Source of the DNA: an uncultured Methanoregulaceae archaeon
GTDB lineage: Archaea > Halobacteriota > Methanomicrobia > Methanomicrobiales > Methanospirillaceae
Direction: 5' to 3'
Length of the DNA stretch: 64,000 nucleotides
NCBI GenBank assembly: GCA_963701095.1
Contig: OY969564.1
Span: 2,304,001-2,368,000 of the forward strand
Shown: one piece after another, positions 31,278-41,559 of the stretch
Position numbering within the stretch: the stretch's first letter is position 1
Layout: each line of letters opens with the position of its first letter
The notes under the pieces: generated by a model
The model's database searches: none
What the model was told of the DNA's origin: nothing
What the model saw: only the letters and a program-made list of their open reading frames with translations
Made by a program: the position numbers and the translations under genes

Positions 31278-32392
31278 TCAGCCCCCCGCCGTACCCGGCC
31301 CGCCAACAGGGATCGATTTCACGATGTCTTCCAAGTGCCCGTAGATGCTAAAAAGTCGTAGTGGCTCGACAGCAGGATCGGTTGATCCCTGCCCGGCATT
31401 TATCCCGTACACGCTCTGCACGGCGCCAGCATCAACAGTAAGCCGCTGAATGAAATAGCTGTTTGCCGTCGTTGGCGGGTACTCGGACAGACCGAGACTC
31501 GTTGCTATATTCTTCCTGATCTCGTCCTGCGTAGCCTTGGCGATATCCTTGTTGCTGAGAGCCGTGGATACATCATTGAAATATTCTTCATAGTTACCCT
31601 GGCCCTTTTTCAGCTGTGCCAGATCCCAGTTCGCCTGGAAATTCGTGGGGTCTTTATCGAGTATCGCTTTATATTCCCCTTCAATTTTCGCTTCCGTTGC
31701 ATCGACCTGGGCTTTTTCTTTTGCAACCATCAACCTCTCCTGGGCAATCTCCGGCGTGTCCCCGGTTCCGGTTCCCGCAGTTGCTATTTCATACCTGGTG
31801 ATGTCATTTTCCTGGTTTGTCATCTGTTCACGTAGGGTAAGATCATTGATCAGATCGTAGTGCGCGCTTCCGATAGCTGAAGAAATATATCCTGTGGAGG
31901 CAGGTGCAACTGAAGGAATGAGTGTCACTGCGGTTGCCACCGGGCATCCCTGGTTGTTTGTCCCGCTGAATGAAGTTGTTCCCGTGCAGGCGCCAGCAGT
32001 ATCCGGGCCGGGATACTCCAGCTGTATTTTCCGGTAAATGCGGAACAATCCGTGGTAAAGAAAATATCATATTCCGATAATGCCGAACTTCCCGGGGGGT
32101 CAGCGACCGTTCTTCCGGGTATGTGTAATATGTTGCCGGAAATAAACGTTCCCCCGGCGGATCCATGGCCGATATCGCCCATAACGGCAGTTCCCTGGTT
32201 AAACTGGATAGTTACCGGGCTCTGTGTGGTAGTAGCTCCCCCATTACAGCCGGAATCGTCTTCCGTTACCGTCACCTGCCATTGGGTTGACCCGCTGTAG
32301 GAACTCCAGTTCCAGGGTTGGGGCGTAGTGTCAGCGAGAACAGGCACAACAACCAGCATGACCAGGATACATCCTAAAACATTCCTGAGCAT
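31278..32392 (-). CDS. secreted protein with TPR-like segment (apparent frameshift ~32018)
   Basis: Signal peptide in 31925-32392 ORF, continued by 31278-32048 ORF (DPTNFQANWDLAQL..GNYEEY). Confidence 0.6.
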
Positions 32393-32517
32393 ATACAGCC
32401 CTTTTTCAAATCCATGGGATATATCGGTATCTTTTTGGGTGCCCGGATGACGTTTCCGTGTAATTCATCAAAAATAATATAAACGAATCGTCCGATACAA
32501 CTCCGCCAGAGGAGACT

Positions 32518-33291
32518 ATGCCCATAAGCGGATTCAACCTGCTTTCCGGCATCGGCATGATAGCTGTCGGTGCCAGTGCAATGGTATACTGGCACCTGAA
32601 ATACCATACCGGCCTCAAGTACTTTTTAATCGGGGGCATTCTCTGGGCGATTGCGATTGGGATCAAGCTCGCCATGGACCTGACTATCACCCAGCCAATC
32701 CAGTCGGCGTTGCTTGCAGATTTTCCGGTTTTCACCGTTGTTGTGATAATGTCGTTATACCTGGGCCTGCGAACCGGGTTCCTGGAAAGCGGTATCACGT
32801 ACCTCGTTGTAAAACATACGTCCCTGGCCCATTCCGGGTTTAAGGAAGCAGTTGCTTTAGGTATCGGGTTTGGCGGTACCGAAGCCATTGTGCTCGGGAT
32901 CTCTTCGTTCGCAAGTGTTCTGGCGCTTCTCCTTTCTCCTTCATTGCAGGGTACCCTGACCCCGGCAGTCCTTGCCCAGTTCGCTCCGGCATTTATCCCG
33001 CTTCCGGTGATCGAACGCGTTTTTACCCTTTTTATCCATGTATTTGCCGTGGTCCTGGTGGTCTATGCAGACAGGTGCCGGAAACTCCGCTGGCTCTGGC
33101 TGTCGGTTTTCCTGAAAACGATCACCGACGGTGCGCTACCCCTGTTCGCCTATTCTTTCACCGGCCCGGGGATACGATCCGTTCTCCCCGTCGAGGGATA
33201 TATTGCGGTACTGGGGATCATCTCCCTTGCCGGTCTATACCTGATTCAGGAGCGGTTCAACGAACTGCCGGTTATACCAGAACTTGAATAG
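32518..33291 (+). CDS. YhfC family intramembrane metalloprotease
   Basis: GFLESG, A.ALGIGFGGTEA, ER...L.IH. Confidence 0.8.
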   Translation: MPISGFNLLSGIGMIAVGASAMVYWHLKYHTGLKYFLIGGILWAIAIGIKLAMDLTITQPIQSALLADFPVFTVVVIMSLYLGLRTGFLESGITYLVVKHTSLAHSGFKEAVALGIGFGGTEAIVLGISSFASVLALLLSPSLQGTLTPAVLAQFAPAFIPLPVIERVFTLFIHVFAVVLVVYADRCRKLRWLWLSVFLKTITDGALPLFAYSFTGPGIRSVLPVEGYIAVLGIISLAGLYLIQERFNELPVIPELE

Positions 33292-33362
33292 GAAGCAGAA
33301 GAACATGAACCCTGACAGGTATATCCTGTTACCGGGCTTTACGTTAGGAAGAAGAAGATCTT

Positions 33363-33425
33363 CGGGGCTTCCCTCCCCTGGCCGCGTATTCTGACGCCGG
33401 ATTTTCAGTTTTTTATAGAGAAAAA
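33363..33425 (+). repeat. partial dispersed repeat (copy 2) followed by the motif found upstream of the HNH genes
   Basis: CGGGGCTTCCCTCCCCTGGCCGCGT then CCGGATTTTCAGTTTTTTATAGAGAAAAA (compare 39375-39402). Confidence 0.55.
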
Positions 33426-33601
33426 CGTCTCTGGTGCCTTCATCAGATCATTACCTGAACATTACCACTTCGAAGAAAAGTAACACGGTGTACCTTAACA
33501 GAACGTAGCAGGAAATTAAGTAAATTCGTTGGTTGTTGCAAAAAAAAGACGTTGCAAAAATTGATAATTGAGATAACTTTTATTATTCGTCATAGTGGAG
33601 G

Positions 33602-33823
33602 ATGATACCTATGCCATACACATGGAAAACAAAAATTGATGTCGATGAAACCATTGTTGTGATCATGAGTGTTCTTGACAAGCACCCGGACCTTCCGAAC
33701 TGGCTGATTGTCACGATAATTGGCTCAATTGCCGGTTCAGATAAAAAAATGGTCAAGTATTTCTTCAACGAAGTGGAAAAACACGCCCCGTCTGCCCTGA
33801 AATATTTCGAATCAACCCAGTAG
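33602..33823 (+). CDS. hypothetical protein
   Basis: 73-aa ORF with GGAGGATGA upstream of an internal ATG. Confidence 0.55.
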   Translation: MIPMPYTWKTKIDVDETIVVIMSVLDKHPDLPNWLIVTIIGSIAGSDKKMVKYFFNEVEKHAPSALKYFESTQ

Positions 33824-33840
33824 AAGGATGAAGATTAATC

Positions 33841-34110
33841 ATGGATGTATTGGGTTCTCTTGTCGGTATCATCCTCGCAATTATCGTGGTAGTTATCATC
33901 TTTTTGCTCCTGAAAGACGTAGTAGCCCTGGTTATCAACGCAATCGTAGGTGTCATCGCCCTTTTTCTTTTAAACCTGTTTCACATAATGAGCCTTTTTG
34001 GTGCTACCGATCTTCCGATCGACTGGATTACTATCCTGATCTCTGCAATTGGTGGACTGCTCGGTGTGGTTATCGTCATCGTCCTGCATCTGGTAGGAGT
34101 TGCGTTATAG
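33841..34110 (+). CDS. BofA-like (pro-sigmaK processing inhibitor family) membrane protein
   Basis: LVINAIVG.IAL..LN..LPIDWITIL..AIGGL.GV. Confidence 0.7.
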   Translation: MDVLGSLVGIILAIIVVVIIFLLLKDVVALVINAIVGVIALFLLNLFHIMSLFGATDLPIDWITILISAIGGLLGVVIVIVLHLVGVAL

Positions 34111-34224
34111 GTCATTCAACAGAGCGGATAGGACTACATTTTCGGGAGGAGCAGGTATCGAACACCTTGAGTAATGCTCCATCCGCAAGATTCTTTCATC
34201 ACCTGATAAGGATCTGTTTTTGCC

Positions 34225-34392
34225 TTACGTTGATTTGGATTTGGACATGAGGACTACGACGCCTGCCGCAATTGCAACCAGTCCCGCCAGAACGACTACT
34301 ATTTTTACCAATACGATCGTGAAAACAATGAGTACTGCAAATGCGACTAACAACAATCCAACAATAATCGCAGCCAAACCAAGCCAGTTCAT
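34225..34392 (-). CDS. small 2-TM protein (55 aa, not in ORF track)
   Basis: MNWLGLAAIIVGLLLVAFAV..; AGGAGAGG upstream. Confidence 0.55.
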   Translation of the reverse strand: MNWLGLAAIIVGLLLVAFAVLIVFTIVLVKIVVVLAGLVAIAAGVVVLMSKSKST

Positions 34393-34813
34393 GAATCAAT
34401 TCCTCTCCTGTTCTGATTGATGAATGAATACATCACATCTGATATTTAGGGATTGCGTGGGCGGCAGGGCGGACAGTAATATATTGCCATATGATCCCCT
34501 GGTATGCTGGGAAAGGTGTTATACTGCGATTTGCGACGCGATTGTGATACATGCTGGTTCTGGTGCCTTGTCGGGACGTTTGTCCCGCGTGCAGAACTGC
34601 CAGACCCCCGGTGCGCCAATGCCAATGGAGCTCCCTGGTTCGGACTGAAGATTTGTCCCCCAGAAAGAACGGGTACATTCTCCGGGTGTCTTCGGTTCCG
34701 AAGGCGGACTAAAAAAAGTCTTTTATTTTACCTTTTTTCACAATTAACAAAGCGTTATTTAAAAAATTATGATGATTTAGTTTAATTAAATACAAACATG
34801 GAGTTGAAGGATT

Positions 34814-35484
34814 GTGGAGATAGTACCTGGAATTCACCAAGTCGATGGTGTAAATGGTAATTGTTTTATTATTGTTCGGGACGAGCTAACACTTATCGAT
34901 ACGGGAATGCCCGGAAACAGGGCAAAAATAGTAAAATATATTCAGGATGTTCTTAAACGTGAACCTTCAGAAATCAAAACTATCGTCCTGACACACTTTC
35001 ATGTTGATCACGTGGGTGACGCTTTCGATCTCAAAGAACTGAGCGGTGCGAAGGTGGCCATTCATGAAGCGGATGCGGACTATGTTTCCGGGAGAAAAAC
35101 CCAGCCTGTACCGAGAGGTGGTATAGGAATGATCCTTAAATTCCTCATGCCCCTGTTTTTCAGATCAAAGCCTGTTGAACCGGATATAAAGCTCGGCGAC
35201 GGTGACACAATCGCTGGTCTCACCACAATTCATACACCAGGACATACACCGGGAAGTATTTGTCTTTTTGATCCGGCATCAAAAATTCTGTTTGCAGGGG
35301 ATCTATTGAGGTTTGACGGCATTAACATCAAAACAGGGCCATTAACCTTATACCCGGTGAGGTAAAAAAATCAATCAATAAAATCGCCGCAATTGATTTT
35401 GATATCATGCTGTCGGGACACGGGATACCTCTTAGACCCGATGCGTCGGTAAAGGTCCGGGAGTTTGCAAAATCATTACCCTGA
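34814..35484 (+). CDS. MBL-fold metallo-hydrolase (apparent frameshift ~35353)
   Basis: LIDTG, THFHVDHVG, HTPGHTPG, AGD; second frame LSGHG to TGA at 35484. Confidence 0.88.
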
Positions 35485-35585
35485 GTTCTCAGAGATGCAA
35501 TCTGGGAATTTCATTCCATTCGATTTTTCGATTAACAGTTCGTTATCGGTTATTTAAATAACCTCAAAGGACATCCAGATCTGAA

Positions 35586-36269
35586 CTAGGATGCAGTACC
35601 GGCGCTCTCATAAACCCGGGTTAGGTACCTCGCATAGAATATGGTAAGGATTGGCAGAACAAAAGCGAAGAGCACGGCTGCAATGACCACTCCTGGCATG
35701 AGCAGTTTAATTATCAGCACAGCACAGACAGCCTCAAGGATGAGCCCGGGTATCAGGACAACAATAATACCGATTATCAGTGCCAGGATATAGGATAACC
35801 AGCCAATCTTTTTTATCGTTGCAATAATTTCCCCGAAATTAAAAGCTTCGCCGAATTTTGCAGTGCGTGCGAAACGGATCAAGCCCATTGGCTGAATAAG
35901 GGTAATAATAATGACGACGATGGCCAGAAGACCTATGAGGACTGGACTAACCATACCTGATATCATTCCCGCCGGAGTGTTTTTGAGTGAGGGAAAAGCC
36001 AGACCAACTACGAGGAACCAGAGGATAATTGCAGGTATTGCATACACTAAACTGACGATAATGAAACGTATGCCGTCAACGATGAGTTTAGGCCAGTTCT
36101 CTACTTCGGGAGCAGGTGTTGTTCCCCGGTATACACCCATGATGTATCCCATCAGGGGGATAACGAGAATAAGTGTGGCAATAACCAGGAGCAGCCACGT
36201 CTTCATCTTGTCAATGACACCTTCCTTTACATAGGTAAAGGAGTTCCCGATAAGCGTTCCATAATCCAT
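35586..36269 (-). CDS. DUF4013-type membrane protein
   Basis: GY...YRG...PE...W..L..DG; RFAR..KF.EAFNF. Confidence 0.78.
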   Translation of the reverse strand: MDYGTLIGNSFTYVKEGVIDKMKTWLLLVIATLILVIPLMGYIMGVYRGTTPAPEVENWPKLIVDGIRFIIVSLVYAIPAIILWFLVVGLAFPSLKNTPAGMISGMVSPVLIGLLAIVVIIITLIQPMGLIRFARTAKFGEAFNFGEIIATIKKIGWLSYILALIIGIIVVLIPGLILEAVCAVLIIKLLMPGVVIAAVLFAFVLPILTIFYARYLTRVYESAGTAS

Positions 36270-36448
36270 TTTATTTCACCTGAAGGATATGCTCCAATGT
36301 GATTGTTGATGTAATAATTACCCGGTTTCGCATATTCTCCGTGATCGATTCTGTTCCTACACGATAATTATTGCCCTTCAGATGCGTTCCTCTCCCACGA
36401 AGGATTTATCATACATACGTGAACTACTACAACCGGGGAGGAGTCACT

Positions 36449-36685
36449 ATGGACGAAACAAAAGACAAACTTGGTATATTTATTCCGGCAACATTCGCGA
36501 AGAGAATGATCCTGTATATAGTCATAGATCTGCTTCTGATTAACCTGATAGTGTTTTACTGGCATGAAAACATGCCATTACCTGTGGTTCTCGGTGTAAT
36601 TCTCATAGAGGTGATAGCTCTTGCTGCCGCCTTTGCATTCTGGATCCCGCAGTATCAGCGAGCAGGCGCTCATGTAAGGTGGTAA
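36449..36685 (+). CDS. small membrane protein
   Basis: GGAGG SD-like motif, two TMs. Confidence 0.55.
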   Translation: MDETKDKLGIFIPATFAKRMILYIVIDLLLINLIVFYWHENMPLPVVLGVILIEVIALAAAFAFWIPQYQRAGAHVRW

Positions 36686-36746
36686 ACATGAGTTTTCCGA
36701 CACGAAATCTCTCGGAAACTCCCGTCACAGTATTGGGTGCAGCGGC

Positions 36747-37667
36747 ATGATCGATGCAATAAACCTCACGAAAAAATTCGGGGACCTTACCGGGGTCGAC
36801 AGCCTGACGTTCCATGTCAGTGAAGGCGAGGTCTTCGGTTTCCTCGGCCCCAATGGTGCCGGAAAAACGACCACGGTCCGCATGCTCTGCTGCCTTATCT
36901 CAAAGACCAGCGGGGAGGCAAAGATCGCCGGGTATGATACCACAAACGACGCCGATTCCCTGAAGATCCGCAGGATCATTGGTTTTATGCCGGAAAATGT
37001 CGGCCTTTACAGCGAACTAAGCGCCTACCAGAATCTCGATTTTTACGCCAAGCTGTATGATCGTACCGAACAACAAAGAAAAGAGAGTATCGAACGCCTG
37101 CTCAGGCTGCTCGGGCTCTGGGAAAAGAAAGACGTAGCCGTGGGAACATTCTCCAAAGGCATGAAACAGAAAGTGGCCATTGCCCGTGCGCTGGTGCACG
37201 ATCCGGAGATCCTGTTTCTGGATGAACCAACGGCCAACCTGGACCCAGAAGCGGCCAAAACGGTCCGGGACTTTATCACGGAACTGAAAAAAGAGAAGAA
37301 GACCATCTTCCTCAACACGCACAACCTCGACGAGGCACAGAAACTCTGCGACCGCATCGGTATTCTCAAAACACATCTGCTCCGCATAGGGACTCCGGAA
37401 GAGCTGAAAGAGTCGCTCTGGGGTAGTAAAACGGTTATCCAGCTTGAAGAGGTCGACGACAGGATAGTTTCGGCAGTCAGACAACACACTTCAGGAAAGG
37501 TGGTGGTCGAAGACCATCGGTTGGTAATCGATGTAAAGAACGCCGGAAAAGAAAATCCCGGTCTGGTCCAGGCCATCGTGGCCGCGGGGGGCCGGGTCCA
37601 GTTCGTCCAGGGACTCAATCCCACCCTTGAAGACGTATACCTGAAGACCGTGAGGGAAACGCTATGA
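36747..37667 (+). CDS. ABC transporter ATP-binding protein
   Basis: GPNGAGKT, FSKGMKQ, LFLDEP. Confidence 0.95.
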   Translation: MIDAINLTKKFGDLTGVDSLTFHVSEGEVFGFLGPNGAGKTTTVRMLCCLISKTSGEAKIAGYDTTNDADSLKIRRIIGFMPENVGLYSELSAYQNLDFYAKLYDRTEQQRKESIERLLRLLGLWEKKDVAVGTFSKGMKQKVAIARALVHDPEILFLDEPTANLDPEAAKTVRDFITELKKEKKTIFLNTHNLDEAQKLCDRIGILKTHLLRIGTPEELKESLWGSKTVIQLEEVDDRIVSAVRQHTSGKVVVEDHRLVIDVKNAGKENPGLVQAIVAAGGRVQFVQGLNPTLEDVYLKTVRETL

Positions 37668-38410
37668 GATTTTCAAAAGCATGGATCATCGCGTCGAAAG
37701 ATATCGACATCTTCCGGAAAAAGAAGAGTATCTTCTACAGCGTGATCCTTCTTCCTCTCTTTGTATCCGTCGGTCTGCCCCTGATGATCTTCTTTCTTTC
37801 AGCAGGATCCGGCAGTAGCATTTCAGATGTCCAGTCAGGCCTGCCCCCTGTCATAAATGCATTCTCGTTTGTGTTCCTGATCGGTGCTGCAAGCCTCCCG
37901 ACCGTGATCGCATCCTACAGTATTGTGGGTGAAAAACAGGAACAGAGCCTGGAGCCCCTGCTCGCCACCCCCACCACCGACAGCGAGATCCTCCTGGGAA
38001 AAAGCATCGGGGCACTCCTTCCCCCCCTGGTTGCCATCTGGATCGGTGGGGTGATCTTCATGTGCATGATCGACGCCGTCACCTCTGGTCTGCTTGGCTA
38101 CCTCTATTATCCCAACGGAATGATAGCGGTCATCATGCTGCTCCTGGTGCCCCTGGCAGCTATCACGGCGGTGGAAGTGAGCGTGATTTTCTCGGCCCGG
38201 ATAAACGATGTACGGACCGCACAGCAGCTCGGGTCCCTGATCGTGATCCCCTTTGCGGTGATCTACCTGCTCGGGGAGATAAACGTGTACCCGCTTACGA
38301 TACCCTATCTCCTCATCATCTCGGTAATCATTCTTGTCGCCGACGTAGGGCTTTTCTCTCTTGCTGTGTCTACATTCCGGAGAGACGAGATCCTCACAAA
38401 GTGGAAATGA
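37664..38410 (+). CDS. ABC-2 type permease
   Basis: SIVGEKQEQSLEPLLATP..ILLGK, six TMs. Confidence 0.9.
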   Translation: MRFSKAWIIASKDIDIFRKKKSIFYSVILLPLFVSVGLPLMIFFLSAGSGSSISDVQSGLPPVINAFSFVFLIGAASLPTVIASYSIVGEKQEQSLEPLLATPTTDSEILLGKSIGALLPPLVAIWIGGVIFMCMIDAVTSGLLGYLYYPNGMIAVIMLLLVPLAAITAVEVSVIFSARINDVRTAQQLGSLIVIPFAVIYLLGEINVYPLTIPYLLIISVIILVADVGLFSLAVSTFRRDEILTKWK

Positions 38411-38415
38411 AATCC

Positions 38416-38490
38416 TGCATGTGCCAATAAGATCCCTGGTACGCTGGGTGTGTCCGTGATGACACGAGGCGGGATGCGGAGGGTTATTGA
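38416..38490 (+). pseudogene. decayed remnant of a HIT gene 3' end
   Basis: GATCCCTGGTACGCTGGGTGTGTCCG..CACGAGGCGGGAT..TATTGA aligns by eye with the 3' ends of both HIT genes. Confidence 0.65.
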
Positions 38491-38506
38491 GGGAATTTTT
38501 TCAGAA

Positions 38507-38546
38507 GACGCATCACCGGGGCTTTTCGCCCCTAGCCGCGTGGGCT
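38507..38546 (+). repeat. dispersed structured repeat, copy 3
   Basis: GACGCATCACCGGGGCTTTTCGCCCCTAGCCGCGTGGGCT. Confidence 0.8.
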
Positions 38547-38724
38547 AACTCCCGGAGGTTTAGTCATTGACGAGTATTTTTCCTTAACCTCTCATTACAA
38601 AAACCAATTACTCCGGTATCCTTATTGTTGCTCTCCACGCTGGGAAATTTCTGAAGTATTGGGAAAAACGTACGAGATGGACAAAGTAACAGGATGAACT
38701 TTGTATCAAACCGGTTTCTGAACG

Positions 38725-38763
38725 TTAATGCACATAATGTGCATTAAGCGCTAAATGTGCATT
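38725..38763. promoter_or_regulatory. perfect 11-1-11 palindrome plus a third half-site; probable protein-binding or recombination site
   Basis: TTAATGCACAT-A-ATGTGCATTAA, then AATGTGCATT again at 38754-38763. Confidence 0.5.
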
Positions 38764-38764
38764 C

Positions 38765-39248
38765 GCTGACCGGGAACTATGGAAGAACTGCCTGCCGCCA
38801 TTGATCGGCTGGTGTTTTTTTTGCATCGAGCCAATCGAAAAGGTTCATGGTAGGGCTGTCTTTGTGGAAGTATTCCGGGTTCACACAATCGGTGCCAACG
38901 GCCGACCAGGAGCCCCCCTCCATAAAATCAATTCGGACGTGTTCATCTTTTGTATTCACAAATATGATCTTGATGTTGGCATATTGCGTCCATTCTTTGG
39001 CTATATCCATGACTTTAGCCCGTTGCAAATCCTTACCGCCGATAAAGCGGCACTTCAACTCAAAACCCGCTGGCCACATTTTATTGTTTTGGATAGCCAT
39101 CAGCGGGACCGCAATACCCATCTTCGGGTTAACAGTACCGCTTAGTGCCATGCAGCGCTGCGGCGATATATGCCTGATGCTTCTTCGAATTTGCCACTTC
39201 TTTAGGAATGATACGATCGAAACAGATTTTAAGATTAGATTTCTTCAT
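38765..39248 (-). pseudogene. zinc metallopeptidase (metzincin/astacin-like) pseudogene
   Basis: W..G..L..RF.GG..KV...AKEW..YANI..VRI.F..GGSWS.VGTD..PTMN..AVL, then TAG where HExxH is expected; 5' frameshift. Confidence 0.7.
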
Positions 39249-39434
39249 ACCGGTGGTCCTCCTTTTTCGATAACGAATTCCTGAGAAGAAACCCTGAGGT
39301 TCCTCCATAACATCTCCCTTTTTGGGTACCGAGAATATAATTATTAATAATATAATAACTAGCTCATGTTTGTACCGGATTTTCAGTTATTATAGAGAAA
39401 AAGCAATAATTCCTGAACTGATATATCTGGTTAT

Positions 39435-39665
39435 ATGGGATCGTTTGATCTCGAAAATTTCAAAACGATCAATACGATTATTGAGCGTGACAGCAAGGAC
39501 GCGACCTACAAGTTTGCCCTGTTACGCGGTGTCATCGAGATTTCGCAGGAATACCAGCAACTGGTAAAAGAATCCGGGGATCGTGTTTCGCTTCCTCTCG
39601 GTCTTCTCATTGAGAAATGCGCATATCTTATTGATGTCCGGGGGTTTGATGCATGGCGCCGGTGA
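39435..39665 (+). pseudogene. HNH nuclease gene with in-frame internal deletion of 308 codons
   Basis: Both ends match 41560-42714, joined at TGA(G/A)AAATG. Confidence 0.85.
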
Positions 39666-40030
39666 AATGCCCGTTCTGTAATCCGCTGGCTGAAGATATT
39701 ATTGCACGGAACGATCTCTGTTATGCCCGCTGGGACCGGTTCCCGGTGAGTAAGGGGCATTTATTGATTATTCCGTTCCGGCATGTACCGGATTTCTTTT
39801 CAATGACTGTTGAAGAGAAACAGGCGATGGTTGGCCTGATTGATGCGTGCAAAGGTGTCATTGAGGAAAATTTCCAACCGGCCGGCTATAACCTCGGGAT
39901 CAACGTTGGCGCAGCGGCCGGGCAGACGGTGATGCACTGCCATTGCCATATGATCCCCCGGTATGCCGGGGATGTCCGGAACCCGAGAGGCGGTGTACGG
40001 GGGATTGTCCCGGGGAAGAAGGAGTATTGA
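39653..40030 (+). CDS. HIT family nucleotide hydrolase
   Basis: CPFC, PVSKGHLLIIP, AGQTVMHCHCHMIPR. Confidence 0.93.
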   Translation: MAPVKCPFCNPLAEDIIARNDLCYARWDRFPVSKGHLLIIPFRHVPDFFSMTVEEKQAMVGLIDACKGVIEENFQPAGYNLGINVGAAAGQTVMHCHCHMIPRYAGDVRNPRGGVRGIVPGKKEY

Positions 40031-40048
40031 TGGGGGATTTTTCTAGCG

Positions 40049-40087
40049 GACGCTCACCGGGGCTTACCGCCCCTTGACGCGTGGGCT
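40049..40087 (+). repeat. dispersed structured repeat, copy 4
   Basis: GACGCTCACCGGGGCTTACCGCCCCTTGACGCGTGGGCT. Confidence 0.8.
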
Positions 40088-40157
40088 TTCCCCAAAGGGA
40101 TGGCAATGACGTGAAAAAAGATCCTCGAATGACAGTGCATCATAAAACCGGAAAAAC

Positions 40158-40214
40158 GATACACAACAGCTCTTGTGTATCACTGGTGAGACACAAGACT
40201 GCTTTGTGTCTCAC
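40158..40214. repeat. twin inverted repeats downstream of the Fic gene
   Basis: GATACACAA-6-TTGTGTATC and GTGAGACACAA-7-TTGTGTCTCAC. Confidence 0.7.
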
Positions 40215-40261
40215 GTTTGTATGATTATGATACACTACGGTCCCGGACGATTATGGAAAAA

Positions 40262-41368
40262 TTACCAGCTGCTGCTCTCAGTGATGGCGATCAGCCGGGA
40301 GAATCGGTAAATCGTCGGGCTCGTTCCTTTCCCTTCCCGGGTTACCGTGAGGATATTCCCCGCTGTCAGCCCCTTCAGGACCCGGTGGGCGCTCGGCTTG
40401 GGAATTCCCGATTCCGCAATGAAATCGTAACTCTTGAAAATCGGGCGTGAGAAGAGCGTATCAATCGCCTTTATGGTATACTGCGAATGCGTTACCTCAG
40501 GGACTTCCTTTTTCATCTCTTCATAAAGCTCAATAATCGCCGTAGCTTTCTGGTTGTTCTCGGTCGCCTGTTCGATGAGCGCATGGAGGAAGAACCCTAT
40601 CCAGCCGTTCCAGTCGTTCTCACGGGAGATGGCAAGCAGCCTTTCGTAATATTCATCCCGGTGATGCTCGAGGTAAGCACTGATGTAGAACATCGGCGTT
40701 GAAAGGATCTTTTTGTTATAGAGGATGATGGGAACCAGCATCCGCCCGATTCTTCCATTCCCGTCGCGGAACGGATGGATGAGCTCAAACTGCGCTTTGA
40801 GTACCGCAAGCTGAACGAGCGGGTCCCGCTCTTCATTGTGCAGGTAATTCTCCCAGTTTGTGAGGGCATCCATAATGAGGTTCGGCGGGGGAGGAATGAA
40901 CGTGGCTCGTTCGATTGGCGTACCGTAAGGAGCGATGTAGTTCTGGATGCGGCGGATCTCCCCGGGCTCCCGGTCACGCCCCCGGACACTGGTCAGCAGG
41001 ATGCGGTGGAGATCGCGAATCATGTTTGTACAGATCGGCCGTTTTCCCAGATCCTCAACCGCAGCCCGCATTGCGGTCCGGTAATTGATGATCTCCTGGA
41101 TATCCAACCGTTTCTCCGGAGTAATCTTGTGTGCCTGGTCCGCTTCAAACTGCAGGACCTCTTCGAGGGATGCCTGAGTACCTTCTATCCGTGACGAGAG
41201 GACTGCTTCCCGGATGGCGAGCGGCGAAAGAAGGATCTCAGGATTGACAATGCCCTGGAGCAGGCCGTCATACCGGGCAAGGGCCGCATTCGCTTTACCG
41301 ATAAGGGGAATGTGTGCCATCCAGTCGATGTCATCGAGCGGGAGGGTCCGGGGCGTGTACGGCTCCAT
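40262..41368 (-). CDS. Fic family protein with N-terminal inhibitory motif and C-terminal HTH
   Basis: SSRIEG motif, HPFRDGNGRIGR. Confidence 0.95.
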   Translation of the reverse strand: MEPYTPRTLPLDDIDWMAHIPLIGKANAALARYDGLLQGIVNPEILLSPLAIREAVLSSRIEGTQASLEEVLQFEADQAHKITPEKRLDIQEIINYRTAMRAAVEDLGKRPICTNMIRDLHRILLTSVRGRDREPGEIRRIQNYIAPYGTPIERATFIPPPPNLIMDALTNWENYLHNEERDPLVQLAVLKAQFELIHPFRDGNGRIGRMLVPIILYNKKILSTPMFYISAYLEHHRDEYYERLLAISRENDWNGWIGFFLHALIEQATENNQKATAIIELYEEMKKEVPEVTHSQYTIKAIDTLFSRPIFKSYDFIAESGIPKPSAHRVLKGLTAGNILTVTREGKGTSPTIYRFSRLIAITESSSW

Positions 41369-41559
41369 TTCTGACTTCAGTATAGTGTCTGGGAGAATAT
41401 TAGGTTTGGCAGAGGATTTACGAGGTTTTTCGACATTTCATTTGATGTGTGCTTCGTATCCTTATTGAAACCCGGGAATTTTACCCGTCGCTTATTCACG
41501 CTTTTATCCGGTTATTATAGAGGAAAAAGCAATAATTCCTGACAGATAAATCAGTTACT

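Noticed and set aside
38777..38779. Pyrrolysine read-through of TAG in the peptidase (also in the wHTH remnant)
   Set aside because: The downstream frame does not restore HExxH without further indels, other lesions are present, and no pyl genes are seen
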